Below, one piece after another: positions 42,836-52,390 of a DNA stretch of 64,000 bases. Each line of letters starts with the position of its first letter. Position 1 is the stretch's first letter. The position numbers and the translations under genes were made by a program. A model generated the notes under the pieces. It saw nothing but the letters and a program-made list of their open reading frames with translations, had not been told where the DNA came from and made no database searches. This DNA is from Actinomycetota bacterium (GTDB lineage: Bacteria > Actinomycetota > UBA4738 > HRBIN12), in contig JBKPKU010000086.1 of NCBI GenBank assembly GCA_046731295.1, positions 811 to 64,810 on the forward strand, given 5' to 3'.

Positions 42836-43153
42836 ATGGCGGAGTGGGTCAAGGTCGGGTCGGCCGGGGATGTCTCCGATGGCGAGGTGACGGCGTTCTC
42901 GGCTGGGGATCGGCAGATCGCGATCGCCAACGTAGAGGGCGACCTGCACGCGTTCGACGACGTGTGCACCCACCAGCAGTGTTCGCTCGCCGAGGGTGAG
43001 CTGGACGGCACCACGATCGAGTGCCCTTGCCACGGCAGCATGTTCGACGTGACCAGCGGCGAGGCCATCGGCGGACCCGCGGTGGACCCTGTCGGCGTGT
43101 TCGAGGTCAGGGAAGAGGACGGCGAGCTCCGGGTCTTGGTCGACGAGGAATGA
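42836..43153 (+). CDS. Rieske [2Fe-2S] ferredoxin
   Basis: Motifs CTHQQC ... CPCHGS. The protein is 105 aa, with a GGGGAGGAG RBS. Confidence 0.88.
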   Translation: MAEWVKVGSAGDVSDGEVTAFSAGDRQIAIANVEGDLHAFDDVCTHQQCSLAEGELDGTTIECPCHGSMFDVTSGEAIGGPAVDPVGVFEVREEDGELRVLVDEE

Positions 43154-44361
43154 CGACCTTCGTCGTCGTCGGCGCCGGCGAGGCCGGCGGGACGGCGGCG
43201 GCGACCCTCCGTGAGGCGGGGTTCGACGGCGACGTCGTCCTGATCGGCGCCGAACCCATGGCGCCGTACGAGCGCCCGCCGCTGTCCAAGGAGTACCTGC
43301 GGGGGGAGTCCGGCCACGTCTTCGTCCGCCCGCCCGAATGGTACGCGGAGCACGCGATCGACGCACGGTTCGGCACGCGGGCCGAGCGGGTCAGCGTCCC
43401 CGACTCGGTCGTCGAGCTCGAGGGCGGCGAACGTGTGTCGTACGACCAGGTCGTGATCGCGACCGGGTCCCGGAACCGCCACCCGCCGATCCCGGGGCTC
43501 GAACTGCCGGGCGTACTCGACCTGCGGTTCGCCAGCGACGCCGACGCGATCCGAGAGGCCGCGAGGAACGGCTCGAAGGCGGTGCTCGTCGGGATGGGTT
43601 TCATCGGCGCCGAGGTGGCGGCCTCGCTGCGCGAGCTCGGCTTGGACGTCATCGTGGTCGAGGTCTTCCAGACGCCGCTCGAACGCGTGGTGGGGCACGA
43701 GATCGGGGGCGCGATCGAGGCGCTCCACCGCGACCACGGCGTCGAGATGGTCTTCCGCGACGGCGCCGAACGCTTCGAGGGCGACGGGCGGTTCGAGGCG
43801 CTCGTCACGAAGGAGGGGCGGCGGATCGAGGGAGACTTCGCGGTGATCGGCGTCGGCGTCGAGCCGGTCACGGACGTGGCCGGCGACGCCGTGCCGGTCG
43901 AGAACGGGATCCCAGTGGATGCAACGCTCAAGACGGCGGCCGACAACGTGTGGGCGGTCGGCGACGTCGCCCGGCACGACCACCCGGTGTTCGGGCCGAT
44001 CCGTGTCGAGCACTTCGACAACGCCTTGAAGATGGGCGAGCACGTCGCGAAGAACCTGCTGGGCGCCGGCGCGGTGTTCGACGACGCGCACTGGTTCTGG
44101 TCGGATCAGTACGACGCGAACATCGAGATGGCCGGTTTCGCCACCGAGTGGGACGATATGGTCGTGCGCGGAAGCATCGAGGACCGGAGCTTCTCGGCGT
44201 TCCTGCTGAAGGATGGCCAGCTCCTGTCGACGTTCAGCATGAACCGCAAGTCCGACGTCCGGCGCTCGATGCCGCTGATCCAGGCGCAGCTCCGTCCGGA
44301 CCGAGACCTGCTGGCCGATCCCGAGTTCGACCTGCGGAAGCTCCGCCCGCCCAAGGAGTGA
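43150..44361 (+). CDS. FAD-dependent ferredoxin--NAD(P)+ reductase (pyridine nucleotide-disulfide oxidoreductase)
   Basis: ATG 43150 overlaps the Rieske stop (ATGA). It has VVVGAGEAGG for FAD and VLVGMGFIGAE for NAD. Confidence 0.85.
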   Translation: MTTFVVVGAGEAGGTAAATLREAGFDGDVVLIGAEPMAPYERPPLSKEYLRGESGHVFVRPPEWYAEHAIDARFGTRAERVSVPDSVVELEGGERVSYDQVVIATGSRNRHPPIPGLELPGVLDLRFASDADAIREAARNGSKAVLVGMGFIGAEVAASLRELGLDVIVVEVFQTPLERVVGHEIGGAIEALHRDHGVEMVFRDGAERFEGDGRFEALVTKEGRRIEGDFAVIGVGVEPVTDVAGDAVPVENGIPVDATLKTAADNVWAVGDVARHDHPVFGPIRVEHFDNALKMGEHVAKNLLGAGAVFDDAHWFWSDQYDANIEMAGFATEWDDMVVRGSIEDRSFSAFLLKDGQLLSTFSMNRKSDVRRSMPLIQAQLRPDRDLLADPEFDLRKLRPPKE

Positions 44362-44588
44362 ATGCGGTGTTCCAGCCGAACATCACGCACTTGCCGTGCG
44401 ACCTGAACCAGCAGCAGAAGCGCCATGACGCGCGCAAGGACTCGCTGGCCAGGGCCGTCGCGTGGCGGAACGGGAAGGGCTCGCTGCTGGACCGGCTGCT
44501 CCACCGAGGCGAACCCGGGCTCGAGCTCTCGGCCGAGGACATGCGTCCCTGCGAGTCCGAGGACGCCTTCCACGGCTTCCAGGTCTAG
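44358..44588 (+). CDS. Small (76 aa) hypothetical protein coupled to the ferredoxin reductase
   Basis: GTG 44358 overlaps the reductase stop (GTGA). GC3 is very high. The sequence is VNAVFQPNITHLPCDLNQQQKRHDARKDSLARAVAWRNGKGSLLDRLLHRGEPGLELSAEDMRPCESEDAFHGFQV. Confidence 0.55.
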   Translation: MNAVFQPNITHLPCDLNQQQKRHDARKDSLARAVAWRNGKGSLLDRLLHRGEPGLELSAEDMRPCESEDAFHGFQV

Positions 44589-44597
44589 GCGAACCCC

Positions 44598-45401
44598 TCA
44601 GTCCACCGTCAGGCGGGGCGCGACTTCCTCCGGCTTGCCCTCGGCCTCGACGAGGCCGTCGCGGAACAGCACCACTCGGCTCGAGTAGCGGAGCGCCTCC
44701 GGGTTGTGGGTCGCGGCCAGCACTGCGCCGCCGCGGCGGATGACCTCCCACAGCGCCTCGAGGATCAGGTCGGCGTTCTCCGTGTCGACCTCGGCGATCG
44801 GCTCGTCGGCGAGCACGATCTCGGGTTCGGCGATCAGCGCCCGGGCGACCGCGACACGCTGCTGCTGGCCGGCCGAGAGCTCGAACGTTCGGTTGTGCAG
44901 CCGGTCCCCGAGCCCGAGCCGCGCGAGCCACATCTCGGCGCGGGCGCTCGACTCCTTCAGCTCGACTCCCGAGACGCGGAGCGGCAGCTCGACGTTCTCG
45001 ATCGCCGACAGCGTCGGCAGCAGACCGAAGCTCTGGAACACGATCCCCATGCCGGTCCGACGCAACTCGATCTGCTCGTCGAACGAGAGCTCGCGGATCA
45101 GCCGGCCCTTCCACCGGATCTCTCCCTTGTCGGGAGCGTCCAGCCCCGAGAGCAGGCCGAGGAACGTCGTCTTGCCCGAGCCCGACGGGCCCATCAGCGC
45201 GACGAAGTCCTTCGGCGCGAGCGTGAGCGACGCGCCGCGCACGGCCTGGACGCCGTTGAGCCCGCGGTAGGTTCGGACGACGTCGGTCGCGGTCAGCAGC
45301 GGCTCGCGCTCGGGCGTGGCCACCCTCGACGGGGCGGCGGGCAGTCGGGGCGCGGGCGCACGGCCGGCCTCGGAGCCCGGCGGACGCCAGCGGTCACTCA
45401 C
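44598..45401 (-). CDS. ABC transporter ATP-binding protein (second ATPase of the operon)
   Basis: Walker A GPSGSGKTT, signature LSAGQQQRVAVARAL, Walker B VLADEP. GTG 45401 overlaps the upstream gene by 8 nt. Confidence 0.85.
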   Translation of the reverse strand: MSDRWRPPGSEAGRAPAPRLPAAPSRVATPEREPLLTATDVVRTYRGLNGVQAVRGASLTLAPKDFVALMGPSGSGKTTFLGLLSGLDAPDKGEIRWKGRLIRELSFDEQIELRRTGMGIVFQSFGLLPTLSAIENVELPLRVSGVELKESSARAEMWLARLGLGDRLHNRTFELSAGQQQRVAVARALIAEPEIVLADEPIAEVDTENADLILEALWEVIRRGGAVLAATHNPEALRYSSRVVLFRDGLVEAEGKPEEVAPRLTVD

Positions 45402-46296
45402 CGATCAGCCCTCCCTCGCCCTTGCGGCGGATCCGAACCTCGCCGTCGCGAACCTCGACCTCCAGGTCCATGCCCGCCAGCGCGTCGACCGCCTCGTCGG
45501 GCAGGCGCGCCCGCCCGTCGGTGCCGAGCGGTTCCATCGGCCTGCCCTCGACCAGCAGCTGCCCGTCCCGCAGGCGGAGCTGCCGGTGCGCGCTCTTGGC
45601 GGCCAGCAGGTCGTGTGTGACCATCACGATCGTCACGCCGAACTCGTGGTTCACGCCCCGGAACGCCTCCAGCACCATCTCGGACGACTCGCTGTCGAGC
45701 TCGGCCGTGGGCTCGTCGGCCAGGATGATCTTCGGCAGGTTCGCGAGCGCGACCGCGACGGCCACACGCTGCTGCTCGCCGCCCGAGAGCTGCCCCGGCT
45801 TGTGGTTCGCGCGGTGGGGGAGCCCGACCACCTCGAGCAGCTCGCGCGGCGTCCGGCGAGCCGCGGGGATCTTCACGCCGCTCGCCGTGGAGGGCAGGCG
45901 GACGTTCTCGACGACAGACAGATACGGGACGAGGTTGCGCGCTGTCCCCTGCCAGACGAACCCGACGCGGTCGCGCCGGTAGGCGGTCAGCTCGTCCTCG
46001 CCCAGTCGGCCGAGATCGCGCCCCTCGACCTCGACGCTGCCGGCGGTCGCCCGATCGAGGCCGCCGATCATGTTCAGGATCGTCGACTTGCCCGAACCGC
46101 TCGGCCCCACGACGGCCAGGAACTCGCCCTCGCCCACCTCGAAGTCGACGCCGCCGAGCGCGACCACGCCGGTGTCGGCCACCCGGTACACCTTGAACAC
46201 GTGGCGGAACCGCACGAGCGCCTCGCGGAAGGTCGCGAGCGGTTCGGCGCCGCGGCGCATCTCGGCCTCGAGGCCGCGGCCCGTCGGCCCGCTCAC
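45394..46296 (-). CDS. ABC transporter ATP-binding protein (first ATPase) with C-terminal extension
   Basis: Walker A GPSGSGKST, signature LSGGEQQRVAVAVAL, Walker B ILADEP. GTG 46296 overlaps the permease stop (GTGA). Confidence 0.85.
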   Translation of the reverse strand: MSGPTGRGLEAEMRRGAEPLATFREALVRFRHVFKVYRVADTGVVALGGVDFEVGEGEFLAVVGPSGSGKSTILNMIGGLDRATAGSVEVEGRDLGRLGEDELTAYRRDRVGFVWQGTARNLVPYLSVVENVRLPSTASGVKIPAARRTPRELLEVVGLPHRANHKPGQLSGGEQQRVAVAVALANLPKIILADEPTAELDSESSEMVLEAFRGVNHEFGVTIVMVTHDLLAAKSAHRQLRLRDGQLLVEGRPMEPLGTDGRARLPDEAVDALAGMDLEVEVRDGEVRIRRKGEGGLIGE

Positions 46297-49200
46297 TCGG
46301 CCTCACCCCGCAGCACCGACGTGACCGACGAACGCAGAAGCGCGCGCAGCGCCGCGATCAGCCCGATCGCGGTGGCGGCGATGATCGCGCTGAGCGAGAC
46401 CGCGAGCGAGGGCCAGTCGAACACCAGGATCGGCGGCGGGAACGCCGAGCCGATGCTCCGCCCGACGTACGGCATCAGCAGCCGCAGGATCCCGAACCCG
46501 ATCGCCGCGCCGGCCGCGATCGCGAACGCGATCATCAGGCCCTGCTCGAGCAGCAGGACGCGCGAGACCTGCTTCGGCTCGGTCCCCATCGCGCGGAGCG
46601 ACGCGAACTCGAATTCGCGCCGCCGCTGCGCGAAGTACAGGCCCACCGCGACGCCGAGCACGACGAGGCCGAGTCCGCCCACCGCCGTCGCGAAATTCAT
46701 GCCCACCGCGAGCGACTGCGGGAGCTGCGCGAGTGCGGCGATGATCGGCCCGGCGGCCTGCGTCGGGCCGGGGATCAGCCCCGCCTGCCGGAGCGAGGGC
46801 CTGGGGTCCTGGTCGCCCATCGCCCAGACCTCGTTCAGCGCCAGGCCGGGTTCGGGGATCCGGGCCGCCGCCTCCACGAGCGCCGGAGTCGAGACCACGA
46901 CGAAGTCGCCCAGCACCGAGGGGAACGCGTCGGCGAGCGCCACCTGCCGGAAGTCCAGCCGCTGCGCTCCCACAGTGGCCGAGAACGACGTGCCCTGCGA
47001 GCGCGAGATCTCGGGCGAGACCAGCGCCGGCAGAGGCGGCATCGGCGGTGCGATCCCGCCCACCACATGCCCGGCGCCCGTCTGGATCGTGAGCGTGGTG
47101 GTCCCGGCCGCTGTCTGCACCTGGCCGTCGCTCCCGCGCCAGCGGATCGGCGTCCAGCTCGACAGGTCGATCGGGTCGCCGACGGTGACGTTCGCCAGGC
47201 CGAGCTCGACCTGGTCGGGCACCTCGCCGATGCCCTCCTCCACGAACGTGATCGAGAGCAGGCGGTCCGCCCCGTCCAGGGTAGCCTCGTACGTGTTCGT
47301 GCCCGCGGTGAGCGCGCCGGCCGAGGCGGTCAGCACGTGGTGGTCGGCGGTCTCGTACGTAACCTGCAGATCCAAACCCGCCGAATCCCTGTCCGCCGCG
47401 ACGCTCGCCGAGAAGTCCTCGCTCGAGACCGGCACGCCGGTGTCCGGCACCGTGATCGCGCCGAGCCAGTCGTCCAGCGACGTGTTCGAGTAGTCGTCGC
47501 GCCACCAGCCGCCGTCGGCGAACCGCGCCGGGTCCACCGCGACGATCGAGGGCGACAGCGTGAACGAGCCCGGGTTGTCGAACACGGGCTGGCTCCGCAC
47601 GACCGCGACGGAATCAGGCGGAACGGAGGCGGCCGCGACCAACGGGTCCTTCGGCACGGCGATCTGGACGTTCCAGTCGGCGCCCACCTGCTGGTGCGCG
47701 GTGTCCTCGTGGTTGCGGAGCACGATCGCCCGGTACGACGTCGAGACGATCAGCAGACCCACCGCAAGGACCAGCAGGAGCGAGGTCGCGAAGCTCGTCC
47801 CGGGCGAGCGTCCGAGCCGCCGGGTTGCGAGGTACGTCGGCAGGCTCTTGGATCTGGCGACCGGGCGGTCGAGCCGGCGCAGGAACCACAGCAGCAGCCG
47901 CAGCGCCAGGAACGACAGCGCGAAGATCAGCAGCGTCGGCGTCAGCAGCACCAGCGGGTCGAGCTGATCGCGCGCGCTGGTCGACTTGACCGCGGTGCCG
48001 CGCAGCTCGACGAACGTGAACACAGCCAGCGGCAGGACGAACAGCTCGACCGGCACCCGCGAGATCAGCGGGCGTTCCTCGCGCGAAAGTAGCCGGCGCT
48101 CTTCCAGGATCGTCCGGCGCACGTGCGGGATCGACAGCATCAGCAGCGTCACCGCGCCCACCGTCGCCCCGATCGCGCCGAGCACCAGCGCGAACCGCGA
48201 CACGCCGATCGGGAACAGCACGCCGGGGAGCGACGGGCCGTTGGCGTTCGACGCGAGCTTGGCCAGCCCCATCCCGATCAGCAGGCCAAGCGGATACGCG
48301 ACGAGCGCCGTGAACACAGCCTGGATCGCCTGCGCCGAGAGCAGCTTGCCGCCCGAGAAGCCCCGGCTGCGTAACACCGCGAGCTCGAACGACTGTCTGC
48401 TGAGCACCAGCGAACCCACGCCGGCAAGGATCGCCAGCGTCACGGCGCCGATCTGGAAGACGACCAGGAAGATCGGCACGCGCAGGTCTTCGACACGCTG
48501 CTTGACGAGCGTGATGAGCGTGTCCAGGCCCGTGGTCACGCGGAGCTGCGCGAACTCGGGCGACTGGCGTAGCTGGTCGGTGATGCGCTGGATGTCGGCG
48601 GGGATCCGCTGGGCCTCCACGAACGGCACGCCCACCAGGTCCAGGTAGACGTCCCACACGTACTCGGTGGTCGCGTCGAGGGCGGGCATCGTCTCCAGGT
48701 ACGCGGCTTTGTCCATGATCGCGGGCGGGAGCTCGGTCGAGTCCGGCGGCGGGAACGGCGTCTGATCCCCGTACCAGAACGGGTCTTGCCGGTCCGGCGG
48801 GTCGAACCGGCCGACCAGCGTGAGCTCGGCCTGTTCGCCGGTCGGGCCGATCGCGGTCAGGGTGTCGCCGATGTTCAGCCCCAACAGCCGACTGACCCCG
48901 CCCGGCAGCGCGATCTCGCCCGGTCCGGGCGGGTCGCCCCGATAGGGCAGGTGGTCCACCGCTCCGTCGCGGAACAGCACGGTCATCGAGAGCGGCGCCG
49001 TGCCCTCGGCCCCCTGCAGTCGGACGGTCCCGCGGCCTTGCGGCACGATCTCACCCACCGGGAGGGAGGAGACCTGGTCCCTCAGTTGCGTGTCGGCGGC
49101 CTGGTCGTTGAACGCCGGGTTTCCGTACGTCTGGAAGCGGACGTTCTTGACCGTGACCGGCGCCGTGGTCACGGCCGAGGACAGGATCGCCTCACGGGCC

Positions 49201-49322
49201 GCGTCGGCGTAGATCGGCCCCGCGACCAGGACGCCGATCGTGAAGCCGAGGGTGACGACGATGGCTAGACCCAGCAGTCGCTGGGCGAAGAACCGCTTCA
49301 GCAGGAATCGCAGGGTCGCCAC
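46293..49322 (-). CDS. Large ABC permease with two FtsX domains and two big extracytoplasmic regions
   Basis: GTG 49322 (VATLRFLLKRFF) lies in frame in ORF 46293-49547. FtsX-type 4-TM bundles occur mid-protein and at the C-terminus. Confidence 0.8.
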   Translation of the reverse strand: MATLRFLLKRFFAQRLLGLAIVVTLGFTIGVLVAGPIYADAAREAILSSAVTTAPVTVKNVRFQTYGNPAFNDQAADTQLRDQVSSLPVGEIVPQGRGTVRLQGAEGTAPLSMTVLFRDGAVDHLPYRGDPPGPGEIALPGGVSRLLGLNIGDTLTAIGPTGEQAELTLVGRFDPPDRQDPFWYGDQTPFPPPDSTELPPAIMDKAAYLETMPALDATTEYVWDVYLDLVGVPFVEAQRIPADIQRITDQLRQSPEFAQLRVTTGLDTLITLVKQRVEDLRVPIFLVVFQIGAVTLAILAGVGSLVLSRQSFELAVLRSRGFSGGKLLSAQAIQAVFTALVAYPLGLLIGMGLAKLASNANGPSLPGVLFPIGVSRFALVLGAIGATVGAVTLLMLSIPHVRRTILEERRLLSREERPLISRVPVELFVLPLAVFTFVELRGTAVKSTSARDQLDPLVLLTPTLLIFALSFLALRLLLWFLRRLDRPVARSKSLPTYLATRRLGRSPGTSFATSLLLVLAVGLLIVSTSYRAIVLRNHEDTAHQQVGADWNVQIAVPKDPLVAAASVPPDSVAVVRSQPVFDNPGSFTLSPSIVAVDPARFADGGWWRDDYSNTSLDDWLGAITVPDTGVPVSSEDFSASVAADRDSAGLDLQVTYETADHHVLTASAGALTAGTNTYEATLDGADRLLSITFVEEGIGEVPDQVELGLANVTVGDPIDLSSWTPIRWRGSDGQVQTAAGTTTLTIQTGAGHVVGGIAPPMPPLPALVSPEISRSQGTSFSATVGAQRLDFRQVALADAFPSVLGDFVVVSTPALVEAAARIPEPGLALNEVWAMGDQDPRPSLRQAGLIPGPTQAAGPIIAALAQLPQSLAVGMNFATAVGGLGLVVLGVAVGLYFAQRRREFEFASLRAMGTEPKQVSRVLLLEQGLMIAFAIAAGAAIGFGILRLLMPYVGRSIGSAFPPPILVFDWPSLAVSLSAIIAATAIGLIAALRALLRSSVTSVLRGEAE

Positions 49323-49457
49323 GACACGCGAACGCCGCCGAGAGGCGGCGACACTCGATGATACGCTGACCCGGCGCGCCGGAGACTGGCCGGCAGGGCG
49401 CGGACCAGCCGGAACGGCCCCCGGAACACCCGAAACCCGATCCGCAAGGAGCACGAC

Positions 49458-50612
49458 ATGGACCGTCCCGAGATCATCCTGGCCCCCGGACCGACGCCCA
49501 TCCCGCCCGAGGTTCTGCTCGCGCAGGGCAGCCCGCTCGTGTATCACCGCGGCCCGGGGTTCGGCGCGCTGATGCGGGACGTGACCTCGCGGCTGAAGGA
49601 GCTCTACCGCACGCGCGAGGCCGACGTGCTGCTGATGACCTCATCCGGCACCGGCGGGCTCGAGTCGGCGATCCAGAACGTGTTCTCGCCCGGCGACGAG
49701 GTGCTCGTGCCGCTGGCCGGCTTCTTCTCCGAGCGGTGGTCCAGGCTCGCTACGGCTCACGGCCTGGTGGTCCGGACGATCGACTACGACTGGGGGCGCA
49801 AGGTCGTGCCCGAGGACGTCGCGAGGGAGCTCGCCGAGCATCCGGTGAAGGGCGTGCTGCTCACCCACTCCGAGACCTCGACCGGCGTGATCCAGCCGAT
49901 CAGAGACCTCGCCAGAGTCGCGAACGAGGCCGGCGCGCTCGTCGTCGTCGACGTGGTCTCGAGCCTGGGGGCCGTGCCGTTCGCGTTCGACGAGTGGGGG
50001 ATCGACGTCGCCGTGGGCGGGTCGCAGAAGGCGCTCTCGGCCTCGCCGGGGATCGCGTTCGTCGCGATCTCGGACAAGGCGTGGGTCGCGCACCAGGTCG
50101 CCACGATGCCGCGGTTCTACTTCGACTGGTCGATCTACAAGGAGTTCGCGGACAAGTCCGAGCCCGAGAACCCGTGGACGCCGGCGATCAGCGTGACGCA
50201 GGGCCTGCGCGCCGCGCTCGAGCTGTACTTCCAGGACGGCGTGGACGCCGCGCTCGAACGCCATCGCATGCTCTCGCGCGCGGTCAAGGAGGGCGCGCAG
50301 GCGCTCGGCCTGGACCTGTTCGGCGAGGGCCTGGACGAGAATTGGACCGTGACCGCGATCCGCGCTCCCGAGGGCATCGACGCCGACACGATCAGCGACC
50401 GCATCCGGTCGGACTTCGGCTGCGTGATCGCGCCGGGGCAGGGGCCGCTGCGCGGGAGCGTGTTCCGGATCGGCCACTTCGGGTACTTCAGCGAGCTCGA
50501 CATCGTCCGCGGCCTGGCCGCGCTCGAGATGACGCTCGAGCGCCTGGGCCACCCGGTCAAGCGCGGCGCGGCCGTGGCGGCGGCCGAGGGCGTGTTCCAA
50601 GAATCCGCCTGA
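49458..50612 (+). CDS. Class V aminotransferase (serine-glyoxylate/phosphoserine aminotransferase-like)
   Basis: AAGGAG RBS. The PLP Lys lies in GGSQKALSA. The protein is 384 aa and the gene is directly upstream of serA. Confidence 0.8.
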   Translation: MDRPEIILAPGPTPIPPEVLLAQGSPLVYHRGPGFGALMRDVTSRLKELYRTREADVLLMTSSGTGGLESAIQNVFSPGDEVLVPLAGFFSERWSRLATAHGLVVRTIDYDWGRKVVPEDVARELAEHPVKGVLLTHSETSTGVIQPIRDLARVANEAGALVVVDVVSSLGAVPFAFDEWGIDVAVGGSQKALSASPGIAFVAISDKAWVAHQVATMPRFYFDWSIYKEFADKSEPENPWTPAISVTQGLRAALELYFQDGVDAALERHRMLSRAVKEGAQALGLDLFGEGLDENWTVTAIRAPEGIDADTISDRIRSDFGCVIAPGQGPLRGSVFRIGHFGYFSELDIVRGLAALEMTLERLGHPVKRGAAVAAAEGVFQESA

Positions 50613-50625
50613 CCCTCCGAAGTCG

Positions 50626-52209
50626 ATGAAGGTCCTCGTCACCGAGAAACTGTCGGACGCGGGGCTCGACCTGCTCCGCAAGGACTTCGAGGTCGACGTC
50701 CGCCCAGAGCTCGCCGGTTCGGGCCTGGCCGAGGCGATCGCGCTCTACGACGCGCTCGTCGTCCGCTCGCAGACACAGGTGACGGGGGACGTGATCGAGG
50801 CCGGCGACAACCTGAAGGTGGTCGCGCGTGCCGGCATCGGGCTCGACAACGTCGACGTGGACGCCGCGACCAGACGCGGCGTCATGGTCGTGAACGCTCC
50901 GTCGTCCAACATCGTCTCGGCCGCCGAGCACACGATCGCGCTCCTGCTCGCGCAGGCCCGGAACATCCCACAGGCGCACGAGGATCTGCGCCAGGGCCAC
51001 TGGGAGCGTTCCAAGTGGCAGGGCATCGAGCTCCAGGGGAAGACGGTCGGCATCGTCGGGCTCGGCCGCGTGGGCGCGCTGGTCGCGCAGCGGAGCGCGG
51101 CGTTCGGGATGCGCGTGATCGCGTTCGACCCGTACGTGCCTCGCGAGCGCGCAAAGGAGATGGGCGTCGAGCTCATGCCGAGCCTCGAAGCGCTCCTGGT
51201 GCAGGCCGACTTCGTCACGATCCACCTGCCCCGATCGCCCGAGACCGAGGGGTTGATCGGCGAACGCGAGTTGGCGCTCGTCAAGGAGGGCGCGCGCCTC
51301 GTGAACACCTCGCGGGGCGGCATCGTCGACGAGCAGGCGCTCGCGAAGGCGCTCGAGGAGGGACGGGTCGCCGGGGCCGCGCTGGACGTGTTCGAGCACG
51401 AGCCGCCGGAGGACTCGCCCCTGTTCGGGTTCGAGCAGGTCGTGACCACGCCGCACCTGGGCGCCTCGACCGCCGAGGCCCAGGACAAGGCGGGCGCCTC
51501 GGTGGCCGAGATGGTCCGCCTCGCGCTGAACGGCGAGTTCGTCCCGTACGCGGTGAATGTCTCCGCGGCCGCCGAGGTCTCCGAGACCGTCCGCCCGTTC
51601 CTCGCGCTCGCCGAACGCCTGGGCGCGCTCCTCACCGGCCTGTCGGACGGCGCGGTCCGGGCCGTGCAGGCCCAGTACCTCGGCCGGATCGGCGAGCAGG
51701 ACACGCGCGTCCTCACGCTCGCGGTGGTCAAAGGCGTGCTGCGCGGCGTGGTGCACGAGCCCGTGTCGTTCGTCAACGCGACGGTCATCGCCCGCGAGCG
51801 AGGGATCGCGATCAGCGAGACCCGATCCTCGGTCTCGAGCGACTACGTGAACCTGGTCGCCGTTCGGGCCGAGACCGACCAGGGCGAGGTCTCGGTGGCG
51901 GGCACGCTGGTCGGCAAGCGCAACGACCAGCGCGTCATGCACGTCAACGGCTACGACATCGAGATGGCGCCGGCGACCAACATGCTGTTCTTCGAGTACG
52001 AGGACCGGCCGGGCGTGATCGGGAAGGTCGGGACGATCCTCGGCCAGCACGAGATCAACATCGCGACCATGGACGTCGGCCGAGCCTCGCGCGGCGGAAC
52101 CGCGCTGATGGGCCTGACGCTCGACACGCCGATCGGCCAGGACGTGATCGAGGAGATCACCTCGTCTATCGGCGGCCGAAGCGCGCGCTTCATCGTCCTT
52201 CCCAACTGA
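50626..52209 (+). CDS. serA: D-3-phosphoglycerate dehydrogenase (long form with ASB/ACT domains)
   Basis: NAD fold GLGRVGALVA. The protein is 527 aa with a C-terminal ACT-like region. Confidence 0.92.
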   Translation: MKVLVTEKLSDAGLDLLRKDFEVDVRPELAGSGLAEAIALYDALVVRSQTQVTGDVIEAGDNLKVVARAGIGLDNVDVDAATRRGVMVVNAPSSNIVSAAEHTIALLLAQARNIPQAHEDLRQGHWERSKWQGIELQGKTVGIVGLGRVGALVAQRSAAFGMRVIAFDPYVPRERAKEMGVELMPSLEALLVQADFVTIHLPRSPETEGLIGERELALVKEGARLVNTSRGGIVDEQALAKALEEGRVAGAALDVFEHEPPEDSPLFGFEQVVTTPHLGASTAEAQDKAGASVAEMVRLALNGEFVPYAVNVSAAAEVSETVRPFLALAERLGALLTGLSDGAVRAVQAQYLGRIGEQDTRVLTLAVVKGVLRGVVHEPVSFVNATVIARERGIAISETRSSVSSDYVNLVAVRAETDQGEVSVAGTLVGKRNDQRVMHVNGYDIEMAPATNMLFFEYEDRPGVIGKVGTILGQHEINIATMDVGRASRGGTALMGLTLDTPIGQDVIEEITSSIGGRSARFIVLPN

Positions 52210-52230
52210 CGGAGCCGCGGGAATCGTCCC

Positions 52231-52246
52231 TGTGACGTTCGTCACA
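52231..52246. promoter_or_regulatory. Perfect CRP/GlxR-type palindrome TGTGA-CGTTCG-TCACA
   Basis: A 16-bp perfect palindrome lying 22 nt after the serA stop and 196 nt before the first MFS paralogue. Confidence 0.4.
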
Positions 52247-52371
52247 TGACCTTCCACCGCAAGGGTTCGGCTGCTACACTCGCCCGGTCATGAGGCGACT
52301 CCAGGTGTCGTTCGGGAGCAGGAAGACGGGTCTCATCCCGCTCTTCATCGCGGCCGTCTAACGGTCGCGAC

Positions 52372-52390
52372 CCCCGCCTCCCCGGCGGGG
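52372..52390 (+). terminator. GC hairpin CCCCGCC-N5-GGCGGGG in the MFS leader (possible attenuator)
   Basis: A perfect 7-bp stem lying 10 nt after the mini-ORF stop and 51 nt before ATG 52442. There is no T tract. Confidence 0.3.

Noticed and set aside
45316-47493. A 725-aa plus-strand ORF across the ABC operon region.
   Set aside because: It is antisense to two ATPase genes with intact Walker and signature motifs and to the FtsX permease. The sequence is Ser/Ala/Arg/Pro-rich and has no motifs.
52231-52246. A guanidine-II (mini-ykkC) type hairpin reading of the palindrome upstream of the MFS genes.
   Set aside because: As RNA, the loop would be GUUC, not the conserved ACGR tetraloop, and there is no second matching hairpin. 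A DNA operator interpretation fits better.
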